A DNA stretch of 61,066 bases, the filler included, from Sphacelaria rigidula (lineage: Eukaryota), in NCBI GenBank assembly GCA_964200075.2. It is 9 parts of 9 records of this genome, joined end to end, with 100 filler letters (N's around TTAATTAATTAA, not from the genome) between each part and the next. Parts side by side here need not be neighbours in the genome. Positions count along the whole stretch, not along the records: positions 20,391 to 27,086 come from CAXNAA020018555.1; positions 27,187 to 33,882 come from CAXNAA020018556.1; positions 33,983 to 40,678 come from CAXNAA020018557.1; 6 more parts are not named here. One strand, given 5' to 3'. Below are positions 26,307-38,984 of the stretch, piece after piece (position 1 is the first letter of the stretch; each line of letters starts with the position of its first letter). The notes under the pieces are model-generated. The model was given only the letters and a program-made list of their open reading frames with translations, ran no database searches and was not told the DNA's origin. The position numbers were made by a program, and so were the translations under genes.

Positions 26307-26403
26307 CCCTTAGACCGCGAGATTAGTCTTTCTGGATCATGCACACTCTTTTCACTTGAAATTGATGCCAATTCAACAGAAGACTAACCTCGCGGTCTAA
26401 GGG
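26307..26403. mobile_element. 97-bp piggyBac-like MITE
   Basis: TTAA-CCCTTAGACCGCGAG ... CTCGCGGTCTAAGGG-TTAA: perfect 15-bp TIR, TTAA TSD, CCC terminus. Confidence 0.92.
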
Positions 26404-27186
26404 TTAAGGTAAGTTCTACGCTGTCTATTGGTACCGGCCACATGTTCAGATTGCTCGTTGTCGGGTCGCAAATGGCTCCCGCGTCGGATATCACCCGCTT
26501 CCCGTGTGCGGGGAGAGGATGTGTCGAGCTTATTCCCGGGGAGGAGAGGCGGCGGGGAGCAGGAGTCCTGAAGCGGTAGAATAGGGTGAGTACGGTCTAA
26601 CAGTGCTTCTCACGTGTTCGGGGGTATCTCCATCCTGGTGTATATAAAATGTTCTGACGGTGCATGGTGGCCCCTGCGCGTGCTTATCGAGGGGATGAAC
26701 CAATGTCTCCCCAGTGGTGTCCGTAACCCAGCTGACAAAAACGGCATGTAATAAATATTACAGAGGCGTATACAGTTACGGAATCCTCGACGCCATTTCG
26801 CTAATATTTGAGCGACGGAAACGTTATCCATATTAATGAGGTTGCCACACAGAAAAATAAAACGGAAAATAAATATTTTCATCATGAGGTATGCCTTAAT
26901 ATTGTGTTTGGAATGTGACAAATGATTGCTAAAAAAACGCATCAACAATGTTGTCACACAAAAACAAAATGTGTACGAAAAAGGTTTTTTGTGCCGAGTT
27001 TGATATAGCTGTGGACGTTCCCCATTTTTTTTCGGGAGGAAGGGGGGCGTACTCATTTGTTGCTTGCCTTAGTCGTTTGATCATTGNNNNNNNNNNNNNN
27101 NNNNNNNNNNNNNNNNNNNNNNNNNNNNNNTTAATTAATTAANNNNNNNNNNNNNNNNNNNNNNNNNNNNNNNNNNNNNNNNNNNN

Positions 27187-30100
27187 GGCGGCTGATCGAT
27201 CGATGCATTGCTTTGTGCAAGGGAGTCTGCCAGCCCTCTACCCAGTCGGAGTCTTCGAAACGTTGTGTGCCAGTCACATCCGCCAAGTGAAGGATGTTAC
27301 GAACAGTGCGGCGGATGGACGTGATGAGGGCAGAAGTAAACTGGCCCGAATCTTTGTTATTCTCGGCGGGCATGGTTTTTATGTGCCAGAGTTTTTCACA
27401 TCCATTTGAGTGTACTGGCTTTGTATTGCAGCTACTCGGGTAGACTCAGCTCTATCGGAAGCTGCTTTTTTGCTAGCTTCCGAACGTTCTTTGTCAGCCG
27501 TGGCGCTTGCTAAAGCGCGGGCTGCAGTAGAGGACAAAGGACGGTCAGGTGTATCCGTATCGGACAAGCCTAAAATGCGGGCCGAAACATCAGCCAGCTT
27601 AGGAACCACCTGCCTGGGGGTCTCCGAGCCCGAGGCGGAAAGAGCTGCACCGGACCGGTTCCAGGCCGATGCGGATGATCCGAAAGAGGTGCCTCCGGTG
27701 TGCTTGCTTTTCGGCTTGCGGAGCGGGTGGTTTGATCCGGAACCGCCCGAAGAGAATCCTCCACCGCCATGGCGGCGGCGTGAATTCCCACCAGTGTTGT
27801 CATCGTCATCGCGATGGTGATTCTTCTTGTGACCCCGGCAATTGGAGGTCGTGGTGGTCCACCCATCCTCATCTTCGTCATCGTCGGGGAGAGTCGTGGC
27901 GGGATCAGAGTTGGAAGCGGCGCGTAGCGCCGCAAAAAGATTGGTGACAGTGTCGACGTACCGGTGGAGATGCGGACTATCGCCGATTGTCGCCTGGAGG
28001 ACCAGTTGACCCAAGGTGACCGCCGACACGCCGGCGTCCGGGAAGAAGCCGCCCTGTTCCACGTAGCCACCAATAACAGCTAACATGCGTTGGGATATGG
28101 TGTTCCAAGCTGGCGGGAACAGTGCAGGTGATTGTTTCGGTGAAAGGGGCCAGTATAATCGGCCGCAGACCGAGAAAGCCACACTCGTTCGAGTGATGCA
28201 AGTTGCAAGCGTGTGTGGGGGCTGGCAGTGACCGCCGGGCCAGGTGTACGAGGCGGCGTGGGGGCGGCGACGGCCGCGACAGATGACGCCCTGTCGGACT
28301 TACGTGGAATCACGTAATCCGACCTGGTGTTCGTGGGCTGTCGAGGAGGTCGAGCTTCAAGCAAGTGGTCGGCGTAAGGCGGCGGGGGGGCTTGATGCTG
28401 TGTCACCCGCGCCATCGACGAATCCGCTTGTTGCGTAGTGCGCCGGACATGATCTTGTAGCTCGCGAACCCTCGTTTGTGCCGTCAAGGCTGCAGTCTGC
28501 CCTTCTTCTAATGCCCTGTGCGCCGCCGTCTTAGTGGCTTGGGCAAGTAAACCCTGTCGCTGAAAATCCTTCAGCTTTGCAGCATGTTCCTCCAAAAGGA
28601 GGCGGGCGGCAGCCTCGTCAGCATTGCGTTGCTGGTCTAGTATATTGCGAGCTAGCGCCGGGGCTTGGAACTTGTAGTCTTGAATGAGCCGTTCTTGTTC
28701 CGCGGGGGGGCGGTCCTGGAATTATCTCAAGAGAAGCCCGGTGGGGCAATGCTCGTCGCCGAGCGGAGGAAGATCCTCCACCGAAGGAGGCGAGCGCACG
28801 GAGACGTCCCCGACAGGGGCAGTGGTGGGACCACTATCCGTATCAGTGTCTACTGCAGGCTGGGCGGCAGCAGGAGTTGGGGCCGTGGCTGCAGTGGCTG
28901 CTGCAAAAGGCGCAGTGACCACGGTAGTGGCGGCTGAGGCGGAAGTGGGAGCGGCGTTGGTGGTCTCCCTCGTAGGCGTGGCAGCAGCGGTAGTGCACTT
29001 CGTGTCCATGGTTGCTGTTGCCAGCTGTCGTTCAAGATCCGTCAAACGTTGTTGCAGAGAACGAATAAGCGCAGCGTCAGAACAGGTCGGTGGTTCGCGG
29101 TCAGTGCGTTGTCGTCGGTTGTGCGATGAAGTGCGGTCGGATCCTGCAAGTGAGGATTCCGGAGCCGGTTATATGTCCGAAAATATTTTTTGAATATCGT
29201 CAGCATGCACAGTGTTATCATTGCGTACATAACGGTTGTGCGACAAAGGCTGAGCAGTAGAGATGCGCGAAGGTGCATGATCGGAGTTGTTCAAGCGCGA
29301 GTCAACGCGCGAAGAACTTGATCTGGGCCACAAGGCATCGTCGTGAGTACGGCCATGGCTAGTGTTCACCGGGCGCTTAGGAGCGCGGGATAAATTGGAA
29401 CTATGGCGCGAACCACCTTCATATTTGTGTCCATGAGCGATATTCTTCGGGCGTGTGGAAGCGCGCGATGAGTTTAAGCTTTGCTGGGAGTGGCCCTTAG
29501 AACTGCTAGAACGGGAGACATGGTCACGACCAAGTCTCGGTGTGCGGCACCGGTCAGAAGCGCGAGTATGGCTCTGCTGCGACGTTGAGGAAGGGCTGGA
29601 CTCATGTTCGTTGAACTTATCATGAGTGACGAAGGGAGGACGTGCTGTCACCGAACGGGTCGCCAGACGTACGGGTTTGGGCATGGCAGGTGCAGAATCA
29701 TCATTGAATTGTACATGAGCAGACGCCGACTGATCTTGGAGCGTGGCGTGGCACAAAGCCGTAAATGCCTCGATGAGAGCTGGCGCTGGCGATGGCGGTG
29801 ACGCCGAGGAGGTGCGATGCAGAGTTTGCATGGCAGCATGCATGGCCGCAACTGCAGGTCCGACATTGGACTGCGCAGTAGGGCGCACGGGACTATCCAG
29901 AGTCTTGCGAAGGGAGTCCGTAACGGAAGCAGCCCGTGTGACAAAGTCTCTTGCTCCAGAAGCGATGCGCTTCGTCGGGACAGAATCGTCTCGAGAGTTG
30001 TCAGCCGTCAAGCGACGGGGTGCCACGGTTGGTGCCACGGTTGAAGCAACCGTGACAGGGCCGAGCTGGACACGTGTGTCCAGGGGCAACGACTCGACTG

Positions 30101-32392
30101 AGGGCACAATCCTAACTCCGGATTCCACATTGGGATTCGGGGGAGCAGGGGCCAGCGAGGGGTGTGCGACGGAATCCACCGTTATGGGCTCACTGACATG
30201 CGCGTCAGGAACCAATGACTCGGCCGGGTGCACTACCAGGTTCTCTGAGTCCAAGTCGGAACGTGAGAGAACAGGTCTCGGCGTCGAAGTCTGGTCTTCA
30301 AGACTTGAAGAACGAGCTTCGCTCGAATGTTGGTCTTCAGATCCCGAAGAACGAACAGCGCTCGCATACGTGCAGCGATGCGTTGAAGGTGGCGTGCCGC
30401 TCATCTTAAATGATTTCGAACCGCTAGTAGTCTGGCTTCGGGTCCGGCGAAGCGATTGGTTTCCCAATTGAGGGGAGGAGCCAGCGAAAGTGTTATGCGA
30501 CATGATATTAGTACGCAACTTTTATTTCAAAAAGGCAGGTGCAGTATGTCTGGTCTGTGAGCTCTAATTATAGGAGTGTGGCAAACGAGCTGCTACGTGC
30601 AAAAGTCGGAGATTATAGCCGGAATTACTGGATAATGAAGCCTAATAGCACCTGGGGGGACCGTGGGACCCGATGTGCTTGAGTAATTTATTCAAGCGAA
30701 TTGCTGTATGTAACAACTTTGTCCGGGGTCTGGTTAGTACAACTTTATTAAGGTTGTGGCGGTTAGGGCTATCAACGGAGCTCGGAATTGTGCAAAGAAC
30801 AGACGTATGTCGTCGAAGAAAAAATGAGGACCCGATTGTCTGCAGGAACTTGGGTACGTGGAAGTCGTAAAACCCACACGTGTTCCGGGTGTGCGTGACA
30901 GGCAGACTACAACTAACTGTATTATCACGGGACAGGCTGAGGGGCAACTGGCGGTGTGCAACTGAAACTTGTCGCTTTCAGATGCGCACGAAAGTTGCAC
31001 AGTGCGATGCAGCACAAAAGCTTTTACAAAGCTTGGGTATGGGGCCGCGAAATCTGGCTGCGTGGTGCAGAGCGAAGGCTTGTTATCCAACGAAGTCGAG
31101 GCAACGTATGACGCGCACGAAAGTTGCACAGTGCGATGCAACACCAAAAAGCTTTTACAAAGCTTGGATATGGGGCCGCGAAATCTGGCTGCGTAGTGCA
31201 AAGCGAAGGCTAGTTATCCAACTAAGTCGAGGCAACGTATGATGTACACAAAAGTTGCGCAGCAAGGACAACGCTGAGGGCGGTGCCAAAAAATGTAGTG
31301 CACAGGCAAGGGGCACCGATTTCAGGTGCTGTTTGTTCAAATGAGCACGTAACGGAGGTTGAAATGTTTCAACTAGTAGTATTTCAACGAAACCGTCTCG
31401 AAACAATAATTTTCTTCGTTCGAGAAGGGGTCAAAGGAGGAAAAACTCACAGTACGTTATGCTGTGTATCGTTACTTACCACGGTGATGTACCGCGTTGC
31501 CTTACGGTTGTGCGAAGTACACAAGAGGACAACAAGAACAAAGTAGCCACCAGCAACGAAGCTAAAGCTACAACAACAACAAGGTACCTACGAGCAACGA
31601 AGGTAAAAGGCCGGAACAATCCAAAGTTTGTGTACAGATGTCCGTTATCACACTGTGTGAGCACGGTTTGTACTTGTTCAGTAATTTCGTGAAGAAAAGA
31701 TACAACAGTCGCGTACAATCGATACGGGAAAATAAGAGCAGCAACGTGCCGGCTTGGCAGGAGCTCAGATCAGGAACAGCGGCTCGCGATGAACAACAGT
31801 GCGCCTTTGTGCACTGGTGTTCTGTACGAACCTATAGTAGAAGGCTTATTCTGTAGAAGAAAAGGGGGCCACAAGACCAAATACACGAGCCAACGATGGC
31901 TTGGTGCGGTTCGGCCGGGCTGGTGAATCACGAAAAGATTCACAGCCGTGCAGGCGAAGCTGATACCGTGGGACCTTGTGCAGGTGATGTCAAATTGACA
32001 GCACGGCCAGAACAGCAAGCAGTGCGCGTTGACCCCACGTTGACCACACAAGATGTGGCGTCGAGTGCTACAGCAATTGCAAGTAGCAGAGCACGAATAC
32101 ACTTGACCGAGAGACACACGGGGCAGAAGCTTGAGAGCTGCTGACTACCTTAGCGGTAGGTGTGACTACGACTGTCCTGAAGGGAAAAGGGGCAAATGAT
32201 CAAAAAGCTGGAGTACACAGCTGGCAGCCAGGGATACAAATCGGTACAAGAAGGAAACGCAATAGCCAAAGAGGAAGTTCCTTAGTCAGACGCCAATGTA
32301 ATAAAGAGCAAGCGACTGTATAATGCAAGGACACACCTTGCAACCCGAGGCACAAGCTTGGCAGGCAAGTGTACAGCCGTCAGACTGTTACA
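27187..32392 (-). mobile_element. Second copy of the Ty3/Gypsy family: putative 5' LTR, leader and N-terminal part of the gag-like ORF (decayed)
   Basis: ORFs 29169-30518, 28722-29045, 28080-28595, 27379-28182, 27131-27373 align to 7099-9960 (HAAMQTLHRTSSAS, LPPLGDEHC, PKLADVSARILGLSDTDTPDRPLSS). Confidence 0.9.
30709..32392 (-). repeat. Putative 5' LTR (1684 bp), with an internal ~128-bp tandem duplication at ~30984-31260
   Basis: Minus strand starts TGTAACA and ends TGTTACA (perfect 7-bp inverted termini), about 200 nt upstream of gag ATG at 30503; second LTR not in window. Confidence 0.62.
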
Positions 32393-32759
32393 ACGTGCAG
32401 ATGCCGTATAACCTGCTCAATATCCAATGTTAGCCGAGGTTCGCGCAATAGGTTCTTGGACTTCTCTCTCAATTATCTTGATTCTAACTCCGATACCACT
32501 CAATCAATCCAACCCAGACCAGCCAATATCTCTCACCAGTGGTTAGATGTCCTTTTGCTGACTAGCAGATGGGAGCAGTTGGTAGTGCTCATCAGGGGGG
32601 TTTGTTCGTGGCTACAGCGAACAAAGGCCGTATTATTCCTGTGATTATACAGGTTCACATTCGTATCCGACCAACTCTGAACAGACCTGTAGTCTCCGGA
32701 ACAAAAGCACGCCATGGCTAGAATCGACAACGAGTCTGAAGCGGCATCAACAGACAAAT

Positions 32760-33420
32760 ATGCGTCTTCATGACACTGCCTCTGCGTCATCCTTTTGGCA
32801 CCAGTCCGCCATAAACCTTTGTGCTCCCTGTTCAACACAGCTGTGCCACTCTACTGCATTCGAGGCTCTGGCAGTCCATCCCTGCCATTCGATACCGAAC
32901 GCCTCCGTGTCTTCCGCTAGGCAGCGGATTCAGTCCTCGTGCCTGCCGTTAAACTCTCTTTCTTGTCAATTCACGACTATAATATCACCAAACATGATGA
33001 CATGTTTCGGTATCCGTCCGGGTGACATGCGCGTGACGAAACCGGCGAAATGGAGTCTCCTTTTCCTCACCGTCGTCTCGATGCTTTCGCACCCTGTCCT
33101 CGCGAGGGTCTCTCGGTATGACAGAACGTGGCCTGTGCGATTGCGCTCGCGCCATCCAAGGCAGCGCCTGAGCAACGCATGGTGCGCCGTGCGTAGTAGA
33201 TTGTAGTGGCCGTTGAGAGGGGTCCATGTGACGCACCCGTGCAGGAGCGCTTCGACAGCCTCGGCTTTGATCATGCGGACCTCGAGGTGGACGTCCGCGT
33301 TCGATCGAGTGTACAGTTGGACTTTGCACTGGTGGTAGCTCGACCATGTCCCTTGTACGCGCTTTTGATCTTCACCGAGAGGTCGCCGCTCTCCGTAATT
33401 TACCCCCTACATAGCACAAA
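32760..33420 (-). mobile_element. Non-LTR retrotransposon (RTE-like LINE) ORF C-terminal fragment, decayed
   Basis: IKAEAVEALLHGCVTWT...LLRRCLGW...LSYRETLARTGCESIETTVRKRRLHFAGFVTRMSPGRIPKHVIMFG, typical post-RT region of RTE-clade ORFs. Confidence 0.82.
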
Positions 33421-33882
33421 CACCTTTTACATATCTCATCCCCGTCCTGTTTCGCCGTCTGTGGCCGCCATCTATCTCCTAGTATAGCCATCATTTTCTT
33501 CCTACTGTCTAATGCATCAAACGATTCAATGTCACCTTCGTTCACGTCCCGCATTTCCCCCTCTAGCACGTCCCGTTCCTCCTTGTATAGTTTACATTCT
33601 GCCACTGTATGACTTCTGCTCTTCATTCCGTTGCCACAGAGGCAGATCTGTGTATCTACTTCCTCCTCCTTTCGACGACTGGTATTTCTCTTCCTTCTTT
33701 CTGGCAGGTACAGGCCCCCCACCCGGAATCGCAGTTTCCCGTTTTTTCGCCGCGTCCATTGTGCCATGCAGATAACGTTTTATCCCGATCCCCTCTCTAA
33801 ACCACCCATATATCTCCAGGTGTTCTTCCTCGTCTACTTTGCGTCTGAGCGCTCCTTTGCCCCTTACTTCAATCATATCTCT
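33421..33882 (-). mobile_element. Second LINE fragment with C-terminal Cys/His knuckle-like region
   Basis: GIGIKRYLHG...LRFRVGGLYLPERRKR...CLCG...SRSHTVAECKLYKEER; frameshifted. Confidence 0.6.
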
Positions 33883-34249
33883 NNNNNNNNNNNNNNNNNN
33901 NNNNNNNNNNNNNNNNNNNNNNNNNNTTAATTAATTAANNNNNNNNNNNNNNNNNNNNNNNNNNNNNNNNNNNNNNNNNNNNTGTTGTGGGTGTGGGCGC
34001 TGGAACGGTGCAGAACTGACTCGTTGGAAGAGGGGGGGGGGGGGGGGAGGGAGGGTAGATGAAACGAAAGTTAACAAAGAACCACCAAGAACAAGAGGTA
34101 AGCAAATCAAAGATGAGAACCAAACACGTTTGAGATTATTCGGGTTAGTGACTAGCTTGTCAGCGCAATCTGTAACCATGATCCGCTCGTTTTGTCTTCT
34201 CGCCCTATCGCTTCACCTATTCCGTCCACTGACGTTTCACGCATGCCAG

Positions 34250-34381
34250 GTGAATCGTCTGCGATTAGATAAGCAGGTGCTAGAAGCACACGAGGCGGCG
34301 ACAAAAGCGCTTAAGAGCTGCCGGGAGACGCACGGGCTGACGGTGGAGCGTGTAGAAACCACTCTGGACGCCTTGGCAGAG
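34250..34381 (+). CDS. ESCRT-III Snf7-family protein (CHMP7-like), penultimate exon
   Basis: cag acceptor, VNRLRLDKQVLEAHEAATKALKSCRETHGLTVERVETTLDALAE, gtcagt donor; Snf7 helix pattern. Confidence 0.78.
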
Positions 34382-34943
34382 GTCAGTCATCGGGACGTAG
34401 TCAAATGTTTGGACAACAACGTTTGGCGTCATCACTGCAGTCAGGACCTGTAGTCAGGACCTGTAGTCAATACTCATGGTACGATGGAAGCATGCGCTCT
34501 GCTAAATGCCTTCTATTTCACTGCAGGCGTGTCGGAGCGTTCGAGCTGACGCGCGTTTCGCAGGAAATGGGTACGTTGGTACACCTCGTCACGTGGGTTT
34601 GATACGTTGCCAAGAGTCATGTGGTATTTATTAACAGTGTATTGAACCCTTTCCTCTGCTGCATGTCGAACACGCCCTCGTTGATGGCCACCCGCGCTGC
34701 TTCTTGTCTCCTTTGACGTGACACTCGGCTGCTTCACCCCATGCAACCTTTGACATCGCCCCCCCCCCCCCCCCCCCCCCCCGAAGACGGCGGCGGCGGG
34801 GGGGGGGGACCGCCGGCGGGCCACCCACAAGGACCGAAAACAGACNNNNNNNNNNCCCCCCCCCTCCTCTTTTTTCCCTTTGCCGGGACCCCCGCCTGCT
34901 CCCCCCCTTGCACCCTTTGCCTCCCCCCCCCCCCCCCCTGAAG

Positions 34944-35288
34944 GAGATGGCGGATACGGAGGCGGTCGGCAACGCGCTGGCGCAACACCATGAAGCTATA
35001 ACCGACGAGGACGAAGAGGCCGAGCTACAAGAAGAACTGGAGGAGTTGTTCCGAGAAGAATCCGAACACTTGAATGGAACAGCTGATGTTGTTACAGGAG
35101 TAACTACTGTGGATTATGACCCGAATCGGCCAAGAATAGCCGTGCCGTTGCAGCCTCAGCCTACAGTAGCCGAAAATGCTGACACGCCAGTAGCAAAACA
35201 TGGTTCTGGTGGAGTTCTGGTTGCGAGTAATAAAGAAGGGATAAGTGAACCAGGTGGAGGACACTCACCAAGACTGGTTCCCGCCTGA
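34944..35288 (+). CDS. ESCRT-III Snf7-family protein, last exon
   Basis: Poly-C plus aag acceptor, in phase; EMADTEAVGNALAQ...DEDEEAELQEELEEL is the acidic Snf7 signature; TGA at 35286-35288. Confidence 0.8.
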   Translation, partial: EMADTEAVGNALAQHHEAITDEDEEAELQEELEELFREESEHLNGTADVVTGVTTVDYDPNRPRIAVPLQPQPTVAENADTPVAKHGSGGVLVASNKEGISEPGGGHSPRLVPA

Positions 35289-35340
35289 CGCTGTCGGGTG
35301 GGGCTGTTCGTGGGGGCGTACGTGTGATATTGAAATTGAG

Positions 35341-35342
35341 TG

Positions 35343-35409
<67 letters not shown>

Positions 35410-35430
35410 GCTGTTGCTGTTGCTGTTATG
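35341..35430. repeat. (GTT)n microsatellite just 3' of the Snf7-family stop codon
   Basis: More than 20 units. Confidence 0.95.
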
Positions 35431-36754
35431 TTGCTCTTTGTGTCGTACGTCGCGAGTATGTCTCTGGTTTGGAGCGGGAACTTGTGTTTGCTGTCTTATA
35501 TTCGCTCAGATTCGAAGCTGGTTGACGGGTATTTTTTCCTATTTATGCCCAAATTTTGTTCGTTTATCTAACGTGATGCATTCTGGATGGTAAGACCCGC
35601 CGATCAACGCGTTGATGTCGAATGAATTTCGCTTTTTGCCCACAGTATCCCAAGCTCATTTTACACCCGCGGTCATCAGTATGAAAACTTGTCACCTGCC
35701 ATTAACGGTAGCGACACGACGCCCCCGGTCGATCCCATACGGCCAGACTTGGTACGCTGCTTTGTTGAGTTTGTCGGTACGTTTTGCAATAGAGCTGACT
35801 CTACTCATCACCATGTGTGGAGAATTGTGTGATGTGAGAATGTGACTTATGGCCCGGCGACACGAAAAGACAGGAAAATCGGGAGGGGGGCGGGGGGGGA
35901 GTGGGAGGGGGGGATCCACCCCGGTATTAGAGTTGGCCTGAGATATCTTAACAAATGTTATTCATCCCGTTACCGTATTGGCCTACAGTGATATTATTGG
36001 CAGTTAGCCCTGCAGTTTCTGGGTAACCGGCTCTAGAGCGCTTTGTCTAGCCTAACCTGTGCTGGTGATCGCCGGTAGCTCGAGTCTTCTGTGTCGTGTT
36101 TCGTGGAAGGTGTAATATACTTCAGTGGATACAGTACAACGCATGCTACACTTAATAGTGTCCTTCGTAATGTTTCGCAGTAGAGCGCAATTTTAATCAC
36201 ACGCCAAAAACGCTGTGTCTCAACCTGTGTATCACTTAACGTTTAGTATGTGTGTTGTTGTGGTTTTCCTGCAGATTTGCGTATGTGATGTGTATCTGTA
36301 TGCGTGTATCTGTATGCGTGTGTCCGTGTCAGTGTATTTCTCCATATCTCTTGCGTCTCTGTGTCTGTCTGTGTGCGCACGTCCGTGTGTAAATTAACAT
36401 GCCTCAACGGGGCCCGAGTTGAGACAGATACTTTACAAGCTGGGTCCGCCAAGGCTCCGTCGCCACAGTTCTCAGGCTTTGAGCAGTGCAATTTTTTTTT
36501 GCTTTGGGGGAAACTTTTGACACCGGAGAAACAATAGGCCTACCCTTTCCCCGATCAACCTCCTGTTTTACCGCAACTCCGGGCGATCCAATTTTTGGGC
36601 TGTCTTCAGCTCCTGTTGAGTAGGTGAAGCAAAATGATAGCTTGATCCCGGGAATAGGGTGGGCCTGTGTGTTACCTCTCTGGTGTCAATTTTTCGCCCC
36701 GAAATTCGATCTAATGGGGCCATGCATTGTCGTTTGCACGCGAACATACCAGCC

Positions 36755-36843
36755 GCGGCTCCCCGGAGGTCTAACGGTCAGACTATCACCATTAGGGTGG
36801 AGACGACGTGGGTTCGATTCCCGCGACATGTGTTTTTTCTTCG
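36755..36843 (+). other. tRNA-derived Pol III-like cassette (SINE-head-like), not a complete tRNA
   Basis: A-box-like AGGTCTAACGG, stem-loop tcacc-attag-ggtgg, T-arm gtggg-TTCGATT-cccgc, then T6; no acceptor stem. Confidence 0.55.
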
Positions 36844-38984
36844 AAATACTCGTGTTGTTTTTTGTGTGGACACCTCTAAGTCCATCTAGAGCTGTTGAAG
36901 CACAAGCATGGCGATCTCCCGATCTCAGTGATATGCTTACCTGGGGATATGTTGCCACAGTTATTGAAATATGTTTGAAATATGTTCGGTTGTAGGCCGG
37001 CCCGGCCCAGCTCGTATAGGGTATAAGTTCTGTACTAAAAACCAAGTCATTCACCCGAATAGTGCACTGGGTATGGCACCCATGTGGTTCAAGCCGCATA
37101 TGAGTGGCCGGTAACGAACAGTCGCGTCACGTTTTCAACGTTTGTCGTCACGATTTTTTCATCCACTGGCATTTCTGTTCGGGTGTTCAAGCCTGATCGA
37201 TATGCGACCTACCCATGTATGTGATGGTTCAGCTCTCCCGCAAAATACAAATACTCTTCTAGTCTGGATCTATTATAGTATTCTGTACAGGCATATGCGC
37301 TGGCGTGCGCAGTGGTTGCTGAAGGGTTGAGTCATCACCCCCCTACCCCTCATTTCTTGATCGGATTTAGTGTTGGCAGCTGTTATTTCTTCACCCCCTC
37401 ATAAGCGGGCCGGCACGTCTACCGTGTACAATTATAGCGCATCTCTTCCGTTTCTTCCTGTTCTGCGGTCTACATCTATTTTTTCATTTATTCTTTTCAA
37501 CGGACTCACCTCGAAATGAGGTTCACTTCTGAAAAGAGGAATAAGCTGGCGCCCAGTTTTGCCGGGTTGGATTCGCCGGGAGTACAGCAGGACAAAGGGT
37601 AAGTGCTTGCGCTGATATTCTCACATGGAAACTACGCGGCGACCGTCTTGAGGACGTTTGTTTCCAAACCGTAGTGCACGGATACTTCCTTCTTTGGAGC
37701 GCATCCGCCCACTACCACGACGACAATGCCGCGGCGTGCCTGCTGAGGGGCGGTAGCACCGAGAAACGTGCCTGAAACAACGGATGACCCGTGGTTGCTC
37801 AGTCGCACTAGTGACCCTCCGCGTGTTGTCGTGTCCGGGCAAAGGGTTGTGCAACGATAATAGGTACTGTAGTAGAGGTGAGCCTATCTTTGTTGTTCAT
37901 TTTTCGTTTGTCGCATCTTTCACGATTTACTCGATCCGACCTACGTCAACGGCGGAGCCAGACGCCAAGGCCACCCCCTTCGACCAGAGGATACCACCTC
38001 GAAAATGATGTACCACTTTCTACATACGGCAAGGCAACTGCTGTCCCGGGCAATTCTGTGTGCTTTGTGGTCCCACTCACTATACCATAAGTGAAGGGCG
38101 GCGTCATTTTCATTCATTCATTGAACACCATAGATCGTTCTTCTTCGACCACTGCTCTTTTCTTGTCCCATCATGATCTGTGCAACAGGAGGACAACATA
38201 TACGATAGCCTAGACCAGCTGCCCCGACCACTATCAGAATCGTTGACATCTGTGCAGAGTTGAGCACGCTATGGACTGTGGATTGAACTTATGTGATGTC
38301 TGTAGGACACAGGGTACTGACACAACATCGCGGTGATGACACTGTCATGGGAGATAATAGGACGTGTACGGAAGGTTTTGAGAAGGAGGTCCATGAACAG
38401 TACGAGTAGCCGTGGGATATCCCGCGGATGGTTTCCGAAGAATGTTCTGTGGAAAAATGGTGTCGTTCGAAAGATTTTTTTTTGACAAGGACAACAAGCG
38501 ACGGCCCGAGCGGGTCAGATATCGATGCAACCGCGTCAATATAATGTCTCGTGACAATTATCTCGCTCCACAAAAAGGTGCACCGTGAGGAAGTTCGCCA
38601 CGGCCACTCAACACCTCACAGGCGCACACACCACTCATTGCCGTCGTTACGATAATCGTGACGATCCCTAGAGCGACTCACCCCAGGTTATGTTCCTTTT
38701 TATTTTAAATTGATGTACCCCTGCTCACCCCAATATTCTGCTTCAATTTCTATGATTCTCTTCTTTCGTTTTGCTTGTTATGTTGGTTTCTACAAGTCTC
38801 TTCTCTCCTCTTAATCTTCTCTCTCGAGTCGTACTGGTGTTGTTTCGGCGGGTGAGAATTCGTGCCCGAACAGTACGATCGCCAGATAGTTGATCGCAAC
38901 CTGCATCAATAGTGCTGCCTTTTGCACGGCCTCCTTCCTCGCCTCAGGCGCTGGTGGGAGCCCGTCAACAACACGGGATTTTAC

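Noticed and set aside
29743..30471. 242-aa plus-strand ORF and similar antisense ORFs over gag and exon E
   Set aside because: Shadow ORFs of GC-rich coding sequence on the opposite strand
7099..30518. Two Gypsy copies as a giant inverted repeat
   Set aside because: They lie on different contigs; relative orientation is arbitrary
35245..35593. Poly-Val/Leu/Cys ORFs (also 21837-22067 and 45559-45873)
   Set aside because: Translations of trinucleotide microsatellites
36755..36843. Functional tRNA gene
   Set aside because: No acceptor stem and the anticodon loop has the wrong size; kept only as tRNA-like
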